A stretch of DNA of 64,000 bases. Source: an uncultured Clostridium sp. (lineage in GTDB: Bacteria > Bacillota > Clostridia > TANB77 > CAG-508). A program made the position numbers and the translations under genes. Each line of letters begins with the position of its first letter. The first letter of the stretch is position 1. The stretch is from contig CAOKPI010000001.1 in NCBI GenBank assembly GCA_948470605.1, positions 73,581-137,580 of the forward strand, in the 5' to 3' direction. Under the pieces are notes generated by a model, which had not been told where the DNA came from, searched no databases, and was given only the letters and a program-made list of their open reading frames with translations. Positions 54,036 through 64,000 of this stretch are shown one piece after another.

Positions 54036-54449
54036 ATGAAAGATTTATTAAAAACAAATTGTTTTGATACTAACGAAACAATGATCGTTGTTGGAAGTTG
54101 TTTAGAAAGTATGCAACCTAAGGCATATAAAGAAATAGAACAAATTTCTTCAAATATTTATGAAGTATGTTTAGAAAAAGAACACTTAAATATGGTAGTA
54201 ACAAAAATAATAGGTATGGTGGCAAGAGGAAAAATTAAAAAAATGATATTTGCAACAGTAGATAAATCTCCTCATTGTGTGCAACTTCATTACGTAATTA
54301 AAGAATTAGAAAATGCTATTGATATAAGTAACATTGAAATAGTAAATTATGTAGCAGTTGAGAATAAACTAATTCAGATACCATTAAAGATAATAAGTTT
54401 ATCTAAAAACTTATCTAAATTAAAAACAAAAATGGAGGAAGAACAATGA
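54036..54449 (+). CDS. Conserved hypothetical protein (Cys-rich, possibly Fe-S associated)
   Basis: GSC, CLE..H, DKSPHCVQLH. Confidence 0.6.
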   Translation: MKDLLKTNCFDTNETMIVVGSCLESMQPKAYKEIEQISSNIYEVCLEKEHLNMVVTKIIGMVARGKIKKMIFATVDKSPHCVQLHYVIKELENAIDISNIEIVNYVAVENKLIQIPLKIISLSKNLSKLKTKMEEEQ

Positions 54450-54787
54450 AAATTATAAAACTTGAACAGGCAGAAAGACATAATAATAGTGATAAATGTA
54501 AAGTTATAGAATATGGATTTAATGATAAAGACATAGATTGTGCAACAGCAGTTATAAACGGAAGATACCCTGATACTGGTTATTGTATGAATGAAGAGTG
54601 TAAAGAGCTTATTTATGTAATAGATGGAGAGGGAACTTTAAATAAAGAAAATGAAACAATTGAATTTAAAAAAGGCGATGCGATTCTAATTGATAAAAAA
54701 GAAAAATATTACTGGGATGCATATTGCACAATAATAATGCCCTGTACTCCAGCTTGGTATCCAGAACAACATAAATTAACAGAATAA
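54446..54787 (+). CDS. Cupin domain protein
   Basis: ELIYVIDGEG, GDAILI. Confidence 0.8.
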   Translation: MKIIKLEQAERHNNSDKCKVIEYGFNDKDIDCATAVINGRYPDTGYCMNEECKELIYVIDGEGTLNKENETIEFKKGDAILIDKKEKYYWDAYCTIIMPCTPAWYPEQHKLTE

Positions 54788-54829
54788 TTAAATAGTTTAA
54801 GGAGCATTACAGGAATTGCTCCTTTTAAT

Positions 54830-56122
54830 TTATCTAACTCTATCTTTCTTCTTTTTCTCTTGTTCCTTTTCAAATTGTTTTCTTTCTTCCTCTATTTTTT
54901 GATGAAGTTTAAATCTCTTAATTTTTTCTAACCTTAATTCTATATTATTGCAATGTTTTATTTCTTCAGCAAGTGGTGTTATGTTTTTAGAAATTTCTAC
55001 AATTTGATTTTCAATACTTTCTTTTTCTTCATTTGTTTTTACTCGTTTAAGCTTTTTCCATAAATTTTCTCTTTCACTTTTCAAAGGATTTATTTTCTCA
55101 TAAGCTGATTTTTGATAGTCCTGTAATTCTTGTTCTGTATTAATATTATTTTTGCACACAAATCTAACTTGTTTAGAAAATTCATCCATTTTCTTAATTG
55201 CACTTATTAATTCTGGTGTCATTTTCGTTATATTAGGTTTTGAGACGATTTCTATATTGATACCTAGTAATTTCTCATAGTGAAAAATTAAATATGAAAT
55301 AGAGCCTTTAAATTGCAAATGCTTTTGTTTTTCATTGTTATTTCTTTCATAACTTCTGTTAGCTAATAAATATGGATCTGGAGAATATGGATATTCGGAC
55401 TGTGTTTCTAATATTCTTTTATAAATATTCTCTTTTAAATACTTTTCTCCAAATTGCCTTTCAATTCTTGTGTTTCGTTTATATGGTTCTCGTCTAATCG
55501 ATAATGTATTATTTTTATCAGTAACAATATAATCTAAATCTTGTAATATTTTAATAAATTCGTTATAGTCTTTAGCATTTGCTATTGCATAATCAATACT
55601 ATCTTTCATTAGTTCCTTATATAAGCTACTTGTAGCATATTTATTGTATTTCTCTTTTTGTTTCAAAACACTTAATCCATATTCTTCACAAAGTTTATCT
55701 GAAGTTTTTCTCATTATTGCATAGTCTTTCTTTGTATTACAAAATTTCTTTCCATCTAAAAATGAAACAGAGTTTAAAACAAAATGGTTGTGTATGTTGT
55801 CTGTGTTTAGATGAGTAGAAACTACTACTTGAAATTTATCTCCCCATAGTTCTTCAGCAAGTTTAATTCCAATTTCATGTGCTTGTTCTGGTGTTACTTC
55901 TCCTTTTACAAATGATTGTACTCCATGAAAACATTGTGTTCCTGTTGTTTTGAAAAATTGCTTTTTAATATTTCTCATTTCTTGTAGAGCAGTATCAGGC
56001 ATACAATTTATGCCTGACACATATAATTTTTCTTCTGTCTTTTCTCCATTAATTGCATAATTTATTGTAAAATCTAATCTATCTTTTACTTTCCATATTT
56101 TTGTTATTGCCATTTTATACAT
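54830..56122 (-). CDS. MOBP-type relaxase
   Basis: FHGVQSF, STHLNTDNIHNH. Confidence 0.9.
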   Translation of the reverse strand: MYKMAITKIWKVKDRLDFTINYAINGEKTEEKLYVSGINCMPDTALQEMRNIKKQFFKTTGTQCFHGVQSFVKGEVTPEQAHEIGIKLAEELWGDKFQVVVSTHLNTDNIHNHFVLNSVSFLDGKKFCNTKKDYAIMRKTSDKLCEEYGLSVLKQKEKYNKYATSSLYKELMKDSIDYAIANAKDYNEFIKILQDLDYIVTDKNNTLSIRREPYKRNTRIERQFGEKYLKENIYKRILETQSEYPYSPDPYLLANRSYERNNNEKQKHLQFKGSISYLIFHYEKLLGINIEIVSKPNITKMTPELISAIKKMDEFSKQVRFVCKNNINTEQELQDYQKSAYEKINPLKSERENLWKKLKRVKTNEEKESIENQIVEISKNITPLAEEIKHCNNIELRLEKIKRFKLHQKIEEERKQFEKEQEKKKKDRVR

Positions 56123-56450
56123 CTACCTTCTTTTTAGATACAACATAAACTTCTTGTAAACTTAAAACTAAATCTTCTATTTTATGTGCTAGTGATATAT
56201 ATTTATCATTATTAACATACCCATAACGATTACATGCTCTTGCAATTTGATTTAAGTTTGTTGCCATACCTCTTAACTGAGAGAGTACTTCATAAAATTT
56301 TTCGTCTGGTTTTTCTTTTAGCTGATAATCTAAAATTATTTTTCTAAAAAATTCTGATTTGTTCAATCCAGATTTTTTAACTTTTTCATTAAGAGTTTTG
56401 TTTTCTTCTTCATTCAAAAATATATTAATTTTTATATTTCTATTTCTCAT
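56115..56450 (-). CDS. mobC: MobC relaxosome accessory protein
   Basis: RHH N-terminus; LRGMATNLNQIAR. Confidence 0.85.
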   Translation of the reverse strand: MRNRNIKINIFLNEEENKTLNEKVKKSGLNKSEFFRKIILDYQLKEKPDEKFYEVLSQLRGMATNLNQIARACNRYGYVNNDKYISLAHKIEDLVLSLQEVYVVSKKKVDV

Positions 56451-56570
56451 AAATTTTCATCTCGCTTTCTGTTTTTTCTTATTAGGGTTTGGGACTTGTC
56501 CCATTCTTGTTGGTATTTGTGGCGTGAGTACAAATACGTTGCTTGCATATTCAAGAAATCTACAGAGTAC

Positions 56571-56921
56571 TCACTTCAAAATACCAAGCTTTTTAAAGAA
56601 AAAGTATGCTTCTTTACCTCCTAAAAAGAAAATTTCTCTTTCTTCTATTGATTGCATATCATAATAAATTTGTACCAATTTTGAAAGTAAAAAGCACTCT
56701 TCATTTGACAAATTTCTGTCTTTAATATCACCTTCTAGTACCCAAGTTAAGTTCTCATTTTGTTCTAATATTTTGTTATATTCGTTTTGTAATTCTGCAT
56801 ATTTTTCATTATTATCTTTTAAATATCTTCTACTATTTTCTAAATATTCTTCAAACATATCTTCATATTCTTTATAAAAACTTTCTAATTTTTCCATTAC
56901 AATAACCTCCATTTTATACAT
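56571..56921 (-). CDS. Hypothetical protein
   Basis: ORF in the rep-tnpV operon. Confidence 0.6.
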   Translation of the reverse strand: MYKMEVIVMEKLESFYKEYEDMFEEYLENSRRYLKDNNEKYAELQNEYNKILEQNENLTWVLEGDIKDRNLSNEECFLLSKLVQIYYDMQSIEEREIFFLGGKEAYFFFKKLGILK

Positions 56922-57330
56922 AAATTAATTCTTTAAATATAATTTCTTCAGCACGATTTTTAATATTATTCATGCATCTAACCCATTCTATCTGATTAGT
57001 TGTTTTTAATTCTTCAGTTATATTTTCTTGCTCTGTAAGTTGTTTCATTAGTAAATAAAATCTTTCATTTGCTGTTTTATCTATCTCGAGTACATGACTT
57101 CTCAATTTATCTTCAACCCATAAAATTGTGTATTCCGTTTTCTTATGCTCTAATAAATATTTCAATCTTAATTTTCCATATTTACTAAATTCATTAGGAT
57201 TCACACTAGCTGTATCAACTAAATTTGGATAGTAATAATCGCCTTTTCTTATATATTCAATTCCAATCTTCTCATCAATAAATCTTTCTTTTAATTTTTT
57301 ATCTTTCATATCTATTTGCTCCTTTTTCAA
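56914..57330 (-). CDS. tnpV: TnpV family protein
   Basis: GDYYYPNL, KYGKLRLKYL, EWVRCMNNIKNRAEEI. Confidence 0.85.
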   Translation of the reverse strand: MKKEQIDMKDKKLKERFIDEKIGIEYIRKGDYYYPNLVDTASVNPNEFSKYGKLRLKYLLEHKKTEYTILWVEDKLRSHVLEIDKTANERFYLLMKQLTEQENITEELKTTNQIEWVRCMNNIKNRAEEIIFKELIYV

Positions 57331-57890
57331 TTTTCATATATTTCATGCAAATTATTTGCATATAAAAAATCCAAATTATCATAATGCCTTTGTTCATAAT
57401 TTTGAAAACTATATTTGCCTTTTCCTTTATAGTTATAATTATTATTGTTATAATTAGGTCGTAAATTTTCCGTGTCATGACTCGTAGATTTTCCGACTCT
57501 TGACTCGTAATTTTTACGAATCACTTTTATAAGATTTTTATCATGTTCTATTTTCCCTACATAAATTAGATTAGGTTTAGTAGAGCCTTGTTTTTTCTCA
57601 TATATTAACTTACATTCTTTTAATTGTTTAAATGCTTTTGTTGCAGTTTTATCTGATAAATTAAGTAATTCTTGGACTTCTTTCCTAGTAAATATTAAGA
57701 AAACATTACCTTCTTCATCAAACCAATTATTCTTTTTAGATAAGGCTAATCTATTTAATAAAAATCCATAAAGAATTTTACTATCTGAATTTAATTTATC
57801 TTTGTAATTCTTATTAAAAAATAATTCCATAGGTATTTGATAATATAGATGTTCAAAGCATTCATTAGCTTTATAGGGTATAAATTCCAT
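57327..57890 (-). CDS. Replication initiator protein A (RepA_N)
   Basis: YYQIP, KILYGFLLNR, WFDEEGNVFLIF, PNLIYV. Confidence 0.85.
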   Translation of the reverse strand: MEFIPYKANECFEHLYYQIPMELFFNKNYKDKLNSDSKILYGFLLNRLALSKKNNWFDEEGNVFLIFTRKEVQELLNLSDKTATKAFKQLKECKLIYEKKQGSTKPNLIYVGKIEHDKNLIKVIRKNYESRVGKSTSHDTENLRPNYNNNNYNYKGKGKYSFQNYEQRHYDNLDFLYANNLHEIYEN

Positions 57891-58160
57891 TTGAATAAGT
57901 TCTCCTTTTCTTTAATTTGAAGAACTTTGAAAACTATTGATATTTAGCTAAAAATCTCTTTGTTGAAATTTGTTGAAGCTTTTTTTGAACTTGAAAAAAT
58001 TTTGTTGAAATTTTTTGTTGAAGAAAATGAGCATATTTTTTAGAATTTTTTAGAATGCAAAAAAATTATGCTATTCTTCATTTTTATTGAAAAATAGCAT
58101 AATTCATAGTTTTTGAATTTTATTAAATTCTCTTAAATCCCCTTGAAAAAGGGCAAAAAA

Positions 58161-58236
58161 TGGTCGAGGCGACAGGGATCGAACCTGCGACCTCATGGTC
58201 CCAAACCACGCGCGCTACCAACTGCGCTACGCCTCG
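58161..58236 (-). tRNA. tRNA-Pro(TGG)
   Basis: Cloverleaf CGAGGCG...CGCCTCG-ACCA; anticodon loop TT-TGG-GA. Confidence 0.95.
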
Positions 58237-58375
58237 ATATTCAATTCCTATAATTGAACGCTTATATATAATATCACAAATTAAAGATATTTGCAAGAAC
58301 TTTTGAATAATTTTTTTTGATATTTTTTCATTTTTACTTGAAAAATCTATCTTAACAAGGTATAATAATAAAGTA

Positions 58376-58414
<39 letters not shown>

Positions 58415-58531
58415 ACGCATACCCTTAACTTTATAAATGTTGATATTTAGGGATTTCAAGAGATAGTGTTAAAAGTTTTCCCCTGAAATTCCCCTTAAAT
58501 ATAAATTTCATACTAAAAGCATATTTTATAT

Positions 58532-58570
58532 GTGCCTGTAGTTTAGCTGGATAGAATGGCAGGCTACGAA
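58532..58570 (+). pseudogene. Second 5' half of tRNA-Arg(ACG), truncated at the same point
   Basis: GTGCCTG-TAGTTTAGCTGGATAGAA-TG-GCAGG-CTACGAA. Confidence 0.75.
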
Positions 58571-58707
58571 CTTAAAGCCCATAGTTATTAACTAATTGAT
58601 ATTAAAGGGGTTTGGGAAAGGTTAAGAGGTTTCCCCAAATTTTTCCCCACTTAATATATATAATTATTGAAAATGTTGTAAATATCCTTTATAATATTTT
58701 CATATAT

Positions 58708-58784
58708 GCAGCCATAGCTCAACTGGATAGAGTATCTGGCTACGAACCAGAAGGTTGGGGGTTCAAGTCCCTTTGGCTGCACCA
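58708..58784 (+). tRNA. tRNA-Arg(ACG)
   Basis: GCAGCCA...TGGCTGC-ACCA; stem TCTGG/CCAGA, loop CT-ACG-AA; promoter TTGAAA(58667)-17-TATAAT; terminator 58785-58813. Confidence 0.95.
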
Positions 58785-58811
58785 AAAGTACCTTTTCATA
58801 GGGTGCTTTTT

Positions 58812-60188
58812 TTATTGTGCAACTAACATTGGTTCTGCAAGAATACTAATCTTCTCTAAATACTCTTTGTTTCTTTCCATCAAGTCATTTAGTTCATCTT
58901 CACTATATTGTTTATTATAAAGTTTTAACATTTCTTGTTGTTTTCTAGCTTCTGATATATGTATATAATATCTTCTAGTTGTATCAAAATCACAATGTCC
59001 CATTAAAATATGCAATACCTCTGGTGGCATACCTAAGCTTGAATATAGACTGGCATACGAATGGCGAAGTCCATAAACTGTCATGTGTTCTAAATTATAC
59101 TTCTTGATAAATGTAGGCATTTTGTTTGTAAGCATTTCTGAAACAAAAGGCTCTCCTTTTTCATTAAGAAATATAAAATCATCTTCGTTCCATTTTCTTC
59201 CACATCTTTTATATTCTATCATTCTTTCTGCCTTAATTTTCAATAAAAGTTTTTTTAGTCTAGGGTGCAATGGAACATCTCGTAAACTTTGAGGAGTTTT
59301 TAAATCTGCTAATTCTCTTTTATGACATTTCTTTTTTAGGTCATTATCATATACTATCGTATCTTTAAATGCTTTTCTAATATGTATTATGTTTTTCTCC
59401 ATATCAATAGTATTCCACATATAGGCACATACTTCCTCTGGTCTCCCACCTGAAAGCAAAATTGCTTCAAATAGATATGCCCATTGCCTACCATCTTGTT
59501 CAAACAAATCTTCCCATACTTCTTGTCTTTCTTTATCTAAATGCTCAATTTCTACACCAATATTACTTTTTCTATTACCAACATATATTTTAGTTGCTGG
59601 GTTTTCTTTAATTACACCTAAATTTATAGCTGTTTGAAAAGACATTTTTAATATAAGTTTGATGTCTTTTAGGTACTTTTCAGAATAATCTAATTTATCA
59701 AAATGTTGTTGTAGTTGTTCTGTTGTAATAGTTCTTATGTCTAAATCTCCCCAAACAGGAATAACCTGTTTATTGGCTGTACCTAAATATGATGTTACTG
59801 TTTTAGGACTTACTTTTCGCCTTCTGCTATATAAATTTATTTCTGACTGTAATTTCTTTTCTTGTAACATTTTATTTACAAATACCCTTAATGTAAAATC
59901 TTGTCCTACATTAGACATTACTTGGTCTAATTTTTCATATTCTAATTTGTTACTTATATTATTATCTCTTACTGTTTCGGCTGCATTTATTAATTCTTCT
60001 TGTTCTTTTATCTTCAATAATCTTACTGCTTCGCCTTCTGTTAATGCAGTCTTTGAAATTCTTTTAGTAACTTCAAAACCATAAATTTTTGATAAATCTA
60101 TTGTCTTTCTAGCTTCATAACTATTTCCCTTCTTTCTTACTTTGATACTTTTATCTTTTAACTGTTTATTCATATCTAATTCAATCAT
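58812..60188 (-). CDS. Tyrosine recombinase/integrase
   Basis: SGGRPEE, LKT, YGLRHSY, LMGH, RYY. Confidence 0.9.
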   Translation of the reverse strand: MIELDMNKQLKDKSIKVRKKGNSYEARKTIDLSKIYGFEVTKRISKTALTEGEAVRLLKIKEQEELINAAETVRDNNISNKLEYEKLDQVMSNVGQDFTLRVFVNKMLQEKKLQSEINLYSRRRKVSPKTVTSYLGTANKQVIPVWGDLDIRTITTEQLQQHFDKLDYSEKYLKDIKLILKMSFQTAINLGVIKENPATKIYVGNRKSNIGVEIEHLDKERQEVWEDLFEQDGRQWAYLFEAILLSGGRPEEVCAYMWNTIDMEKNIIHIRKAFKDTIVYDNDLKKKCHKRELADLKTPQSLRDVPLHPRLKKLLLKIKAERMIEYKRCGRKWNEDDFIFLNEKGEPFVSEMLTNKMPTFIKKYNLEHMTVYGLRHSYASLYSSLGMPPEVLHILMGHCDFDTTRRYYIHISEARKQQEMLKLYNKQYSEDELNDLMERNKEYLEKISILAEPMLVAQ

Positions 60189-60288
60189 ATTTTATCTTCC
60201 TTTCTAATATCTTTATTATTAATATGATATAAAACAGCAAATAGATTTAAAATTTCTAATATCCAGTTGCTATTTTATATCTCTTTTA

Positions 60289-60498
60289 TTATTTTGACAA
60301 TACTTCAGGTGTGCTTGTTAGATTATTGACCCATTCTATTAATTGCTGTCTATTTATCAGTATCTTTCTTTTTTTGAATTTTACTGATGGAAAATTATCT
60401 AACTTTACTACATCTAACATGGTATTTCTTCCTATACCTGTTAATTCACAAGCTTCTTTTATTCCTATTAAGATAGGCTCTGTTTTTTCTTTATTCAT
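60289..60498 (-). CDS. Excisionase-like HTH protein
   Basis: IKEACELTGIGRN..FPSVK..ILINR. Confidence 0.8.
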   Translation of the reverse strand: MNKEKTEPILIGIKEACELTGIGRNTMLDVVKLDNFPSVKFKKRKILINRQQLIEWVNNLTSTPEVLSK

Positions 60499-60690
60499 TA
60501 CTATCTACCTCACAAAATTAAAATTTGTGAGTGGAAATCCTTTAATCAGCCGTATTATATCGGCGATGAGGATTAAAATTTTGTAATGTAAATTTAGTTC
60601 AAAGATTATTTGTCAATAATCTCCACTTTCAAAATAGTATCTTTGCATAGCTTGTTCACTTCCTTTCGAATATTTATATTATTCTTTTAT

Positions 60691-61110
60691 TTAAAGCATC
60701 AATTTGTTTTTTCTCATTACTTTCAAATTTTCTACTTTCATCTTTTTTTCTCTATCATGATAAGGTTTATATAAAATCTTGTATTCATCTTTGGTTAATA
60801 AATTTATTACTGTCATATCATCTGTATTTTTGGATAATGGCATAGTTGTTTGATATGTTACAAATACTGTCCTTCTACGAGGCAAACTCTTTATCTTTTC
60901 CAAAAATTCTTGATTATTATCATATAATTTTAGTTTTGCTCCCTCTATTTTTTGAGCAGGAAATCTAACTGGGACTCTTTCTCCAGCTAGATTTTTCACA
61001 ACTCTTGTACATGCTTTATTTAAAGTAATATCGCATATTATATGTCCTTCTTGATATTCTCTAAATAACATCCACATTTGAATTGTGTATCTTTCTTTTA
61101 TCCTTTCCAT
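60691..61110 (-). CDS. Hypothetical protein, resembles the C-terminal domain of the adjacent Rep
   Basis: RBS AGGAGG; manual similarity. Confidence 0.6.
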   Translation of the reverse strand: MERIKERYTIQMWMLFREYQEGHIICDITLNKACTRVVKNLAGERVPVRFPAQKIEGAKLKLYDNNQEFLEKIKSLPRRRTVFVTYQTTMPLSKNTDDMTVINLLTKDEYKILYKPYHDREKKMKVENLKVMRKNKLML

Positions 61111-61127
61111 ATTTTCCCTCCTTAAAT

Positions 61128-62246
61128 CTAAAATAAATATGTTCTAGTTATATCTTTCTCATCTAATATATCTATGACTTTTGCATTACATAGTCCATAT
61201 CCAAGAGGAAATGTTGATTCTAACAATATCCATTGTTTACCTTTTTTTAATTTTCTCACCTTATTCATCAGAATTGTGTTTTTTGTGTCTAATGGGATTT
61301 TAATACCATAAGTTTTAAAACATTTATTTCTCTTGGTAGTAGAGTAGATGTCATCACATAGCAGTTTATCAGCTTCCATTTTAATAAATCTAATGGCTAT
61401 TTTTAATTTGAATTTTCTTTTACTTTTTCTTTTATATTTTCTTGGTTTAAAAAACTTATCAATATTGCTACACATAATCTTCTTAGTCTTGCCATCTATT
61501 ACATTATTTGCTATTGCATTATCCAAATAATAATCATCTCCATATTTTTCAAGAAATTCTGTCATTGTAAGTTTTTCTACTGTTGGAGGTTTTAATCCCT
61601 GACTACTATAATAAATATGGCTATTTTTAGGATATATTTTCAAATTTTCTTCTCTAAAGAAGTCCTTAAAAAAATATGAACTTATTTTTTGCACATTGTA
61701 AAGTCTTTTAGCTTTTATAAATCCATGTCCCCATAGAACTTCTGCTTCATCTTTATTAACTGTAAATCTTTTTTGTTCGACCATTTTAATTGCTGCATGA
61801 ATGTGTAAAGAAGGTTCTTTTCTTTCTTTTTGAAGCTCAATAACATAAAAATAAATTAATTTTCCATATCTTCTTTTTAGCTTTTTTAAGAAACTGTTAA
61901 AATGTTTCTTTGTACCTGAAATATCCATATATGCCTTTTCAAAAGTAAGAGTAAAGAATAGTACATTTTGATGTCCTGAAAAATGATGTATAAGTATATC
62001 TTTTCCTCTTGCAACTTCTCTTGCTACATATTTAGGTACTTTATTAGTATTTTGCTTATATCCAATAATCTTATTTGTTACTTTATTAATACAACATTTA
62101 TTATTTAGCTTTTTATAATTAGATAAATTATTTTGCTCATGTGAACTATAATGTACTTTTTTACAGCCTGAAAAATGCTTGACTGTTACTACATCATCAT
62201 TTCCAATCCATGTATTATCACTTGGCTGTATTTCTACATTTGACAT
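61128..62246 (-). CDS. HUH rolling-circle replication-associated endonuclease
   Basis: Motif I FFTLTF, motif II LHIHA, motif III YFFK. Confidence 0.75.
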   Translation of the reverse strand: MSNVEIQPSDNTWIGNDDVVTVKHFSGCKKVHYSSHEQNNLSNYKKLNNKCCINKVTNKIIGYKQNTNKVPKYVAREVARGKDILIHHFSGHQNVLFFTLTFEKAYMDISGTKKHFNSFLKKLKRRYGKLIYFYVIELQKERKEPSLHIHAAIKMVEQKRFTVNKDEAEVLWGHGFIKAKRLYNVQKISSYFFKDFFREENLKIYPKNSHIYYSSQGLKPPTVEKLTMTEFLEKYGDDYYLDNAIANNVIDGKTKKIMCSNIDKFFKPRKYKRKSKRKFKLKIAIRFIKMEADKLLCDDIYSTTKRNKCFKTYGIKIPLDTKNTILMNKVRKLKKGKQWILLESTFPLGYGLCNAKVIDILDEKDITRTYLF

Positions 62247-62320
62247 CTTTATCCCCCTTAATATAAATGTATGAAAAGTAACACCTTCATCAAGCCAAGG
62301 AAGTTGATGTACTACTTCAA

Positions 62321-64000
62321 TTAAGAAGTAGTAACATCATTTCCCATAACTTCTATCCATTTTGCTTTTGGTATGATAATTACTTCTACTTTATTTTTAG
62401 TTGATGGGTCTGTTCTTCTTACAATTTTTCTATTGTCTTTGTCTGTAACAAGATAACCTTCATCTAATAAACTTTTCCATAATTGTTTTGGAGTTGCTGT
62501 AAATTTACCTATACAAGCCTTTTCTATTTCTTTGTAAGTTGTATCTGCTATCAAATAATATTGATTATTTTCATTATCAATATAACCTATTTGAGTTCCA
62601 AAACTAATATCATTAATTGGTCTGCCTGTTTTATAATCTGCAAAGTAAACTTTGTTTGCTATTTGTAATTGTCCTATTGTTTTAAAAAATACTTTTGCTG
62701 GATCTTCATCTTCCACATCGCTTTCCTGATTTATTCCAACTTCTTGTAATATTGAATATGCTTCATTTTGTAGTTGCTCTTTCTTTTTAGAATCTATAAT
62801 TTCATTTTCTAATAAGAAATCTATCCACATTGTAAAACCTATCATCATTACAATAATATTTTGTTTTATTCTTGGGTGTACTTTTAAATTTTCTGTCTCT
62901 AATGAATAAGTATTTTGTAATTTTTTTGCTGTTTCTCTAATACTTCCTTCATTAGTTATTATCCATTTAATATAATGCTTCATCGTAAATGCCAACTGTT
63001 CCTTTTTAGTATGTATTTCTTTTAGTTTTTCAAAGTTGATACTTCCTTCTTGTGTATATGTTGTCATTGCTCTTGCTAATCTACTTTGTGAAAATTTAGG
63101 TGGTCTTTCTGCTGTAACCATTCCTAAACCTCTTGCTGAATACTTTTGATGTAGCCCACCCTTTGAGTTCATTTTTATTCTACTGTTCCTATCTCCCCAT
63201 AAACCTAGTATACTTTCCATTATTTTCTCTTGGTCTGTTTCCATTGTTTCAGGTTTGTAGTCATCTATTACTAACAACACATCTTTTGCAGAAAAAGCTA
63301 CTTGTTCTATTCCACAAAATGTGGCTCTAAAACTCAATGGCATTTTATTGACTTCAAAATTTCCAAAATGTGATAACATTAATGCAGCACTTGAACTTTT
63401 ATATGTACCTGTTTTACCAACTACCATTAATAAATAATTTATTAAGATTCCTTCTTCCTGCAATATGGAACATAGTGGACTTAAAAATGTTGTTGCTATC
63501 ATTGGTATAATTACTTTTAAATCTCCTAATTCCAATAAAGAATATTCTGTTTCTAATGCTTCTTTTAGGTCAAATTCTTTATTCGTAAAACAGTACTGTT
63601 GTATGTTATAATCTGTTAAATCAGTTTCAATATGATTATTTTCATCTGTTCCAATACTTCCACCATGATATAGAAAAATCTTTTTTCCGTCTTGTTCAAT
63701 AAAACCTGTATGTGCATAAACTGTTTTTGCTTCTACACTTTCTCTACCAATAGCTTCTACAACTTCTCTCATTTTTTTATCACTGTTAGCTTCATAGTTA
63801 ATTACTTGTCCTATAAATTTACTGCATATTGTACTTGTTAATTTTGAAAGCTCTTTATCTGTAATTTTGCAAGAACCCAGTTTTTTGTCATTATCATCTA
63901 ATAGAAACACTATTAATTCATATTCAAATTTTGTATCTAATCCATTTGTATGTTCTATTCTTTTTGTAATAACAGGAAGTACATTTGTTAAACGAGTTAT
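62321..64000 (-). CDS. DUF927/Cch-like AAA+ helicase-type ATPase (5' end beyond the window)
   Basis: Frame open to position 64000; YAHTGF, Walker A GKTGTYKS, Walker B LLVIDD. Confidence 0.7.
   Translation of the reverse strand: MTRLTNVLPVITKRIEHTNGLDTKFEYELIVFLLDDNDKKLGSCKITDKELSKLTSTICSKFIGQVINYEANSDKKMREVVEAIGRESVEAKTVYAHTGFIEQDGKKIFLYHGGSIGTDENNHIETDLTDYNIQQYCFTNKEFDLKEALETEYSLLELGDLKVIIPMIATTFLSPLCSILQEEGILINYLLMVVGKTGTYKSSSAALMLSHFGNFEVNKMPLSFRATFCGIEQVAFSAKDVLLVIDDYKPETMETDQEKIMESILGLWGDRNSRIKMNSKGGLHQKYSARGLGMVTAERPPKFSQSRLARAMTTYTQEGSINFEKLKEIHTKKEQLAFTMKHYIKWIITNEGSIRETAKKLQNTYSLETENLKVHPRIKQNIIVMMIGFTMWIDFLLENEIIDSKKKEQLQNEAYSILQEVGINQESDVEDEDPAKVFFKTIGQLQIANKVYFADYKTGRPINDISFGTQIGYIDNENNQYYLIADTTYKEIEKACIGKFTATPKQLWKSLLDEGYLVTDKDNRKIVRRTDPSTKNKVEVIIIPKAKWIEVMGNDVTTS

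Larger units (their letters stand above)
48661..58172. mobile_element. Integrative mobilisable element 1 at tRNA-Pro (apparently intact)
   Basis: TGGTCGAGGCGA at 48661 and 58161; TTGTTGAA arm repeats at ~48735-48790 and ~57960-58023; integrase, xis, rep, mobC, relaxase. Confidence 0.88.
58571..64000. mobile_element. Integrative element at tRNA-Arg(ACG), right end outside the window
   Basis: Integrase, xis, HUH Rep and DUF927-like ATPase next to the tRNA-Arg half sites; left boundary inferred from the CTACGAA core. Confidence 0.7.

Overview
Low-GC Firmicutes (Clostridia-like) chromosomal window. The left ~38 kb holds housekeeping and accessory genes: ABC-F, dCMP deaminase, tex, an IS4-family and an IS1182-family element, a minimal type VIIb secretion locus, an NRPS (C-A-T-R) / histidine kinase / REC-HD-GYP cluster, htrA, M23 peptidase, TetR-MMPL-YhgE-like operon and a dockerin/cohesin surface pair, interspersed with GGGGACG-cored REP-like hairpins. 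The right ~26 kb is an integration hotspot: a tandem array of integrative mobilisable elements at tRNA-Pro(TGG), and apparently nested elements at tRNA-Arg(ACG). The strongest signal is a candidate decoding rule. All six in-frame CGG codons I could find (IS4 transposase, htrA, three in the dockerin protein, one in an island gene) sit exactly where the gene continues in the +1 frame, so that C-GGN is read as Gly. I found no in-frame CGG in any uninterrupted gene. This suggests systematic +1 frameshifting or 4-nt decoding at CGG, unless it is a frame-biased sequencing artefact. Other highlights: an AbiTii-like protein and a small membrane protein sharing a homotypic IGDxNKxKN motif, two unannotated type I toxin-antitoxin loci, and tRNA-Arg 5' halves suggesting Russian-doll integration. 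All calls come from manual motif reading; no database searches were run.
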